A stretch of 64,000 bases of DNA. It comes from Camelus dromedarius (Eukaryota). The stretch spans positions 76,572,001 through 76,636,000 of the forward strand of contig NC_087436.1 of the NCBI RefSeq assembly GCF_036321535.1, read 5' to 3'. This document shows positions 63,778-64,000 of this stretch, one piece after another. The first letter of the stretch is position 1. Each line of letters begins with the position of its first letter. A model generated the notes under the pieces. The model made no database searches. It was not told the origin of the DNA and worked only from the letters and a program-made list of their open reading frames with translations. A program made the position numbers and the translations under genes.

Positions 63778-63980
63778 ATTGAAGTATAGTTGATTTACAA
63801 TATTTTGCTAGCTTCAGGTGTACAGCAAAGTGATTCAGATACACACACACACACACACATATACATACATTCTTTTTTATTCTTTTCCATTACAGTTTAT
63901 TACAAGATTTTAAATATAGTTCCCTGTGCTCTACTATAAAGCCTTGTGGTTTATCTATTTTATATGTGGTAGTGTGCATC
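63778..63980 (-). mobile_element. L1 3' UTR end with an internal (CA)n microsatellite (63841-63858)
   Basis: 'ttgaagtatagttgatttacaat...caggtgtacagcaaagtgattcag...aatatagttccctgtgct'. Confidence 0.9.
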
Positions 63981-64000
63981 AGGATTAACATTTTTTAATG

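Noticed and set aside
1..64000. CRISPR array, prokaryotic or viral insert, NUMT, or processed mRNA pseudogene
   Set aside because: No regularly spaced repeat-spacer array, no gene-dense segment and no recognisable mitochondrial, viral or mRNA-derived coding sequence seen

Overview
Mammalian non-coding DNA, AT-rich and repeat-dense, most likely camelid: it holds seven tRNA-Ala-derived SINEs of the Vic-1 type and young L1 3' ends. I found no supportable protein-coding gene. The ORFs with recognisable products are LINE-1 ORF2 C-terminal remnants, and the rest look like chance ORFs. The window contains a U6 snRNA retrocopy, ancient eutherian repeats (L2, MIR, MaLR/ERVL LTRs, hAT and Tigger DNA elements, HAL1, L1M) and younger L1/SINE insertions, many with readable target-site duplications (TSDs). 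The best-supported observations are a probable L1 3' transduction with a mutated L1 polyA signal (11.6-12.0 kb), a precise twin-primed L1 inversion (44.2-44.7 kb), a nested TE stack inside a HAL1 element (40.3-47.9 kb), an intact MER74-type solo LTR beside a CpG-retaining block with SOX-OCT-like and CTCF motifs (22.8-24.4 kb), and low-GC CpG-retaining patches (50.7 and 52.8-53.5 kb). I see no convincing novel biological system. Repeat family names come from my recall of consensus sequences, not from a database search. Boundaries of old elements are approximate and CpG counts are by hand.
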